NCBI GenBank assembly: GCA_043803945.1
Contig: JAZDJN010000027.1
Span: 1 to 64,000, forward strand
Length of the DNA stretch: 64,000 bases
Origin: a bacterium
GTDB lineage: Bacteria; Bacteroidota; Ignavibacteria; UBA10030
Reading direction: 5' to 3'
A program made the position numbers and the translations under genes. The notes under the pieces were generated by a model. It was not told the origin of the DNA. It was given only the letters and a program-made list of their open reading frames with translations, and did no database searches. Positions 59,104 to 64,000 of this stretch are shown piece after piece (position 1 is the stretch's first letter; every line of letters starts with the position of its first letter).

Positions 59104-60201
59104 ATGATGATTGTCATTATTCGATTGCTTGTCTATCTCGCCACACTCTTAGGATCGGCCACTATGCCCTCACCGCTGAAATTCATACCAGCCAACCATC
59201 CCTTCATTCAATATAGTGGAAGATGGGATGTATCCGACACGCTTCACCGCAAGCATTCCTGGCCCGGAGCGTATCTCCGCGCTTCATTCAGCGGTACGAG
59301 TATCGGGATCAGGATGAAAGATAATCTGAACTATTACAATGTGTATATCGATGGAACGCTGTATAAAATTTTTCGTGGAACCTCGCCGGACGAAGCTGAG
59401 TACACCCTTGCGGAAGGTCTGGATTCTTCAGCGCATGCACTGCTTCTTAGTAAGCGAAATTTCATGTTCGATGCCGTTTTTTCGGTTTCAGGATTACTGA
59501 TCGAGGAGGGGGCATCGCTTCTTCCTCCGCCACCGAGGCCGGAGCGAAGAATAGAATTCGTCGGGGATTCCTTCACGGCTGCTGAAGGGAACGAAGCAAC
59601 CATGCAGGATGTCGCGTGGGAAGATCGTTTTCCACTCACCAATATTGATCGGGGATTTGCTCCCATCGTTGCCCGTCATTTTGATGCCGAGTATCACACA
59701 ACCTGCCGCTCCGGCAGCGGGATGGTATGCAATTGGGAGGGAAATCCAGAGATCACCATTCCGAAGATCTTCAACCGTACATTGATGGAAGCCCCGGAAC
59801 CGAAATGGGATTTCAGACAATGGAAACCCGACCTCATCGTCATTTGCCTCGGCCTGAATGATCACTCGGGATTACGTGATTCCAATGGGAATATCTCTGA
59901 GGAAAAATCTTCTTTCTTTCGCAGAGGTTATACAGAATTTATCAGTAGACTCCGAACGCTCTATCCCGGTGTGCGACTTCTTGCCGTTGCGGCTCATCCT
60001 GAATGGGTCAGAACGAACGTTCATCAGGTTGTTCAGGAGGAACTCCTCCATGGAATGAAGGATGTTGCATACACAACGTTCGATGAGGTTCCAGGCGGGT
60101 ATGTCGCGAACAATCACCCAACAGTTGCCACGCACGAAAAAATTGCTGAACAGATCATTGCTGCCATCGAACGGGAGAAAATATTTCCGGTGATGAAATA
60201 G
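59104..60201 (+). CDS. SGNH carbohydrate esterase (CE2-like)
   Basis: IQYSGRW, IEFVGDSFT, SGSG, LGLND, NHP. Confidence 0.85.
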   Translation: MMIVIIRLLVYLATLLGSATMPSPLKFIPANHPFIQYSGRWDVSDTLHRKHSWPGAYLRASFSGTSIGIRMKDNLNYYNVYIDGTLYKIFRGTSPDEAEYTLAEGLDSSAHALLLSKRNFMFDAVFSVSGLLIEEGASLLPPPPRPERRIEFVGDSFTAAEGNEATMQDVAWEDRFPLTNIDRGFAPIVARHFDAEYHTTCRSGSGMVCNWEGNPEITIPKIFNRTLMEAPEPKWDFRQWKPDLIVICLGLNDHSGLRDSNGNISEEKSSFFRRGYTEFISRLRTLYPGVRLLAVAAHPEWVRTNVHQVVQEELLHGMKDVAYTTFDEVPGGYVANNHPTVATHEKIAEQIIAAIEREKIFPVMK

Positions 60202-60213
60202 CAGTCATATTCA

Positions 60214-61443
60214 ATGTATCCAATGAAAGAATTACGAACGATGAGAAGGTGCACTCTACAACGGTTCTTGTTTTACCTAGCTTTGGTGATCTGGAATTCA
60301 TTCTCCTATGGACAATCACCTCTCCCTCCCGATGCAAAACTGGAAAAACTTGCCACCGGATTCCTGCAGCCCGAGGGACCAGTATGGAAAGAGGGAGTCG
60401 GCCTCCTCTTTAGCGACATCAAACGCAACCTCATTAATCTCTGGTCGCCGGTGGATGGTTCGATAAAAACATATCTGCAGCCGTCGGATAGTTCCAACGG
60501 ACTCACATTCGATCGCCATGGCCGTTTAGTGCTCACACAGATGCGATTGCGCCGGGTATCACGGCAGGAATTGGATGGCACGATCACACCGCTTGCCTCG
60601 ACATATAATGGTAAGAAACTGAACAGCCCGAATGATCTCGTGGTGAAATCCGATGGCTCCATTTTCTTTACCGACCCCGATTTTAATATCCCTGTCGGGC
60701 AGATAAAAGAATTGAACTTCAAAGGGATTTATCGGATTAGTCCCGCCGGCGCGTTGATTCTCCTGGATAGCACATTCGATAAACCGAATGGCATTTGTTT
60801 CTCTCCAGATGAACGGAAATTATACGTTTGCGAGTCGCCGCGCTGCGGCATTTATGTATGGGATGTGATCGGTGATTCCGCGCTTGCGAACAAGAAACTT
60901 TTCTTCGCAATCCCCGCAACCGGCTATGCAGATGGGATGAAAGTTGATGCAGCAGGCAATCTTTACTGCACAGGGCCTACGGGAGTCTGGATTATCTCTC
61001 CATCGGGACAATATTTGGGTAAGATTGCTACACCTGGAAATCCATCGAACTGTGCCTGGGGTGATGCCGATAGGAGAACCTTATATATTACTGCGGACAG
61101 TTCACTGTATAGGATTCGGATGGTCACCACAACAAAACAGGAAGAAGAAGAGCATCCAACACCCGACCACTCCGAGCTGTTTCAGAACTATCCGAATCCA
61201 TTCAATGTCTCGACTATTCTTACGTATCGGATTTCGGAAGCCTCGCATATCAATCTCAGGATCTTTGATTCGCTGGGGAATCTTGTCACAACTCTCGTCG
61301 ACGAGAGGAGAGAGGCGGGTTTCCATGCTCGAACATTCGATTGCTCGGTGTTGGCGAGCGGTGTTTATCTTGCCCAGCTCATGGCCCGAACGGATCGGAC
61401 AATCTCCACCTCGCAATCGAAAAAGTTACTGCTGATACGGTAG
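60214..61443 (+). CDS. SMP-30/gluconolactonase family protein with T9SS sorting domain
   Basis: PEGPVW, LNSPND, PNGICFSPD, ADGMKVD; LFQNYPNPFN. Confidence 0.9.
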   Translation: MYPMKELRTMRRCTLQRFLFYLALVIWNSFSYGQSPLPPDAKLEKLATGFLQPEGPVWKEGVGLLFSDIKRNLINLWSPVDGSIKTYLQPSDSSNGLTFDRHGRLVLTQMRLRRVSRQELDGTITPLASTYNGKKLNSPNDLVVKSDGSIFFTDPDFNIPVGQIKELNFKGIYRISPAGALILLDSTFDKPNGICFSPDERKLYVCESPRCGIYVWDVIGDSALANKKLFFAIPATGYADGMKVDAAGNLYCTGPTGVWIISPSGQYLGKIATPGNPSNCAWGDADRRTLYITADSSLYRIRMVTTTKQEEEEHPTPDHSELFQNYPNPFNVSTILTYRISEASHINLRIFDSLGNLVTTLVDERREAGFHARTFDCSVLASGVYLAQLMARTDRTISTSQSKKLLLIR

Positions 61444-61602
61444 TTAATCGATGATCGTTTATATTGCTGCGCGTGAAGGTGAAGTATTGCCTCGCTTTGT
61501 ATCGTCCGATAGATCCTCAAGAAAAAGAAGAGAATTTTAAAGAATAGGTGTATATTTGTTTGTCGTACTTGATATGTATGTTCATTCACAGGAGGGGACT
61601 CC

Positions 61603-63792
61603 ATGAACCTGGGTAAACATTTTTTCAACTTGCTTCTTGCACTTATCATTTCACAGGTATCATTTTCACAATCGAACCGGATCACCTATAACAATCAACG
61701 ACTGTTTCTCAGCGGTGCTAATCTCGCATGGCTCAGTTTTGCGGGAGATATTGGACCGACACAGGCCAATTATGCAAAGTTCGGAGAAATACTTCTTATG
61801 ATGCATGACAGCGGCGGGAATTCGATGCGTTGGTGGCTTCATACCAATGGCACTATCAGTCCGCAATTCAATGATTCGGGGTATGTTATTGGACCGGGAG
61901 ATGGTACTCTTGATGATTTGAAGAAAGTGTTGGATCTCGCCTGGGAGCGAGAAATTGGATTGAAACTGTGTCTCTGGTCGTTTGACATGCTTCGCTCTTC
62001 CAATAATAGTACAGTTCTCAATCGAAACAGGCTGATGTTGAATGATACCAACTACACCCGCGCCTATATTAAGAATTGTCTCATTCCATTGGTCAATGCG
62101 CTGAAAGGGCATCCCGCGATCGTTGCATGGGAAATATTTAATGAACCAGAGGGCATGAGCAATGAATTTGGATGGAGCGAAATCCAGCACGTCCCCATGG
62201 CCTCTATTCAACGATTCGTTAATCTCTGTGCTGGAGCGATTCACCGTGCAGATCCGGCAGCTAAAGTGACGAATGGCTGCTGGGCGTTTCTTGCACTCAC
62301 CGATGTGGCGACAACTTCCATCTCCTTGGGAAAGATTGGCATAGACCTCTCACAACTGGGTATTGCCGAGAGAGAGGATATGGAAAAACGGTTTACGGAT
62401 AAATATGGGATAACGCTCACCGCGGAAGAAATAGTGCAGCACTATCAACGCGCTGCTCTGCAAGCAAACTATAATTATTACTCCGACAGCCGTCTCATTG
62501 CTGCAGGTGGAGATGTTCAGGGAACACTCGATTTCTACTCCGTGCATTATTATGATTGGGCAGGGACGTCTCTTTCTCCTTTCAGCCGGCCTGCACTGTT
62601 TTGGAATCTGGATAAGCCGATCGTCGTTGCTGAATTCCATATGAAAGATACATTCGGTGTTCCCAAACAGTATCTCTTTGAAGTCTTGTTCCAGAATGAA
62701 TATGCAGGTGCCCTGCCATGGTCGTGGACGGATAACGCCGTCACGAAAGTTGAAGATATGCTGGCTGGAATGAAGTATATGTGGGATAATCATAAGAACG
62801 ATGTGGATGTTCTCGGCATCGGGGGAGATTGGCCAATTGTAACGCTTACAGCTCCTGCTCCTGAAACAAAATTTGCCGACACTGCAAAAGTCGTCATTAC
62901 AGCCGAGGCGTCGGATAAGGATGGTTCTGTAGCCCGGGTGGAGTTTTTTATCTCGGATACTGTGAGAATTGGAGAGGCCATAACACCGCCGTATACGATG
63001 ACCTGGTCGAATTTGAAATCAGGATTATACGTGATTACAGCAGCAGCGACCGATGACAAGGGTCACAAGCGGATCTCCAAGGGAGTTCAGATCCAGGTGG
63101 GTGCGCTTCAGATGACAAGACTGGAAGCCGAAGGTGCAATCCGATCTGGCACACCGACTGTTCGAAGCGATCCGACAGCAAGCCGTGGTTCCTATGTCAC
63201 CATGCAGCAGACCGGCACTATTACATGGACAATCCCCAGTGTGCCTAAAGATGGAGCTTATGAAATCGTGTTTCGATACAGATTATCTTATAATACACCA
63301 AAGAATCAGTATATCAATATCAATGGAGTACGTATAACAGAACTGGCATTCACGGGAACAACGAATACATGGCTCGATAAATCATTAACGGTTAATCTTA
63401 CTGCCGGGCAGAATATTGTACAAATGGAATTATCCTGGGGATGGATGGATGTCGATTACCTCTCCGTCCCGGTCACATTCCTCACATCGGTGAAGAGCAA
63501 CAATGAGCTTCCACTCTATTTTTCTCTTGAGCAGAATTACCCGAATCCGTTTAATGCAATGACAAATGTCGAATTCCGATTGCTGGTGAGGGCCAAGGTG
63601 AAACTGAGTGTGTACGATATCCTCTGCCGTGAAGTGGCAATACTGGCGCATAGCGACCTGGCGGCAGGAACCCATGCAGTACGGTGGGACGCTTCGAATT
63701 TCGCCAGCGGAGTTTACTTCTACAGACTCGAAGTACAAGATGGTTCACCGGCTGGTGTGATTCAGACAAGGAAAATGGTCCTGGCCAAATAG
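61603..63792 (+). CDS. GH5-type mannanase (GH5_10-like) with Ig-like domain, CBM35/CBM6-like module and T9SS sorting domain
   Basis: FLSGANLAW, RWWLH, WEIFNEPEG, LDFYSVHYY, KPIVVAEF; ASDKDGSVARVEF; LEAE..WGWMDVDY; QNYPNPFN. Confidence 0.85.
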   Translation: MNLGKHFFNLLLALIISQVSFSQSNRITYNNQRLFLSGANLAWLSFAGDIGPTQANYAKFGEILLMMHDSGGNSMRWWLHTNGTISPQFNDSGYVIGPGDGTLDDLKKVLDLAWEREIGLKLCLWSFDMLRSSNNSTVLNRNRLMLNDTNYTRAYIKNCLIPLVNALKGHPAIVAWEIFNEPEGMSNEFGWSEIQHVPMASIQRFVNLCAGAIHRADPAAKVTNGCWAFLALTDVATTSISLGKIGIDLSQLGIAEREDMEKRFTDKYGITLTAEEIVQHYQRAALQANYNYYSDSRLIAAGGDVQGTLDFYSVHYYDWAGTSLSPFSRPALFWNLDKPIVVAEFHMKDTFGVPKQYLFEVLFQNEYAGALPWSWTDNAVTKVEDMLAGMKYMWDNHKNDVDVLGIGGDWPIVTLTAPAPETKFADTAKVVITAEASDKDGSVARVEFFISDTVRIGEAITPPYTMTWSNLKSGLYVITAAATDDKGHKRISKGVQIQVGALQMTRLEAEGAIRSGTPTVRSDPTASRGSYVTMQQTGTITWTIPSVPKDGAYEIVFRYRLSYNTPKNQYININGVRITELAFTGTTNTWLDKSLTVNLTAGQNIVQMELSWGWMDVDYLSVPVTFLTSVKSNNELPLYFSLEQNYPNPFNAMTNVEFRLLVRAKVKLSVYDILCREVAILAHSDLAAGTHAVRWDASNFASGVYFYRLEVQDGSPAGVIQTRKMVLAK

Positions 63793-63884
63793 GCGGGTGA
63801 GTTACAGGGTGTGCATACAAATAATTAAGTGTTGTCACTGTTTACTAACGAGATAGTATTTTGATTATAACAAAGGAATCAGCC

Positions 63885-64000
63885 GTGCAACCTTGCCGAT
63901 TTTTTCTCTCTGCGGTATCATTGACAATACTAACAGTGTCGAGTCTATGGTGCCAGCTTTCCAGCGACATTCGCTTGAATCAGATCGGGTTTTATCCCGC
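63885..64000 (+). CDS. Probable GH9 glycoside hydrolase N-terminus (partial, runs off window end)
   Basis: AAAGGA RBS, GTG start, signal peptide, then DIRLNQIGFYP typical of the GH9 N-terminal Ig-like domain. Confidence 0.65.
   Translation, partial: MQPCRFFLSAVSLTILTVSSLWCQLSSDIRLNQIGFYP

Overview
Chromosomal window from an FCB-group bacterium, probably Ignavibacteria-like. The basis is four proteins with YPNPFN-type T9SS sorting domains, TTG-N20-TAnnTTTG promoters and a MGQQQLLL pilin-like gene. In order it holds: the end of an IS4-family transposase, a TlpA thioredoxin, tRNA-Arg(UCG), secreted CAZymes (GH26-like, beta-helix, PL9), an ECF sigma/FecR/TonB signalling operon, an AT-rich islet, an M16 protease, a wecB-DUF2334/hydrolase-GT2 exopolysaccharide operon, a salt/osmotic-stress cluster (nhaA, sensor-fused otsA, otsB, treT, APC transporter), pcm, fba, a Gln-Glu-Arg tRNA cluster and a beta-mannan degradation cluster. 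Best candidates for undescribed biology: (1) a leader ORF with an N-terminal hydrophobic segment, ending in the ribosome-arrest motif RAPP and followed by a structured RNA spacer, directly upstream of nhaA and the trehalose genes; (2) a WecB-linked processive polysaccharide synthase with a 1331-aa deacetylase-hydrolase fusion; (3) ghost copies of tRNA-Arg ends and nested mini-hairpin insertions hitting identical sites; (4) an unannotated proline-rich micropeptide paired with a DUF6338-like membrane protein. All family assignments come from motif recognition by eye; no database search was run.
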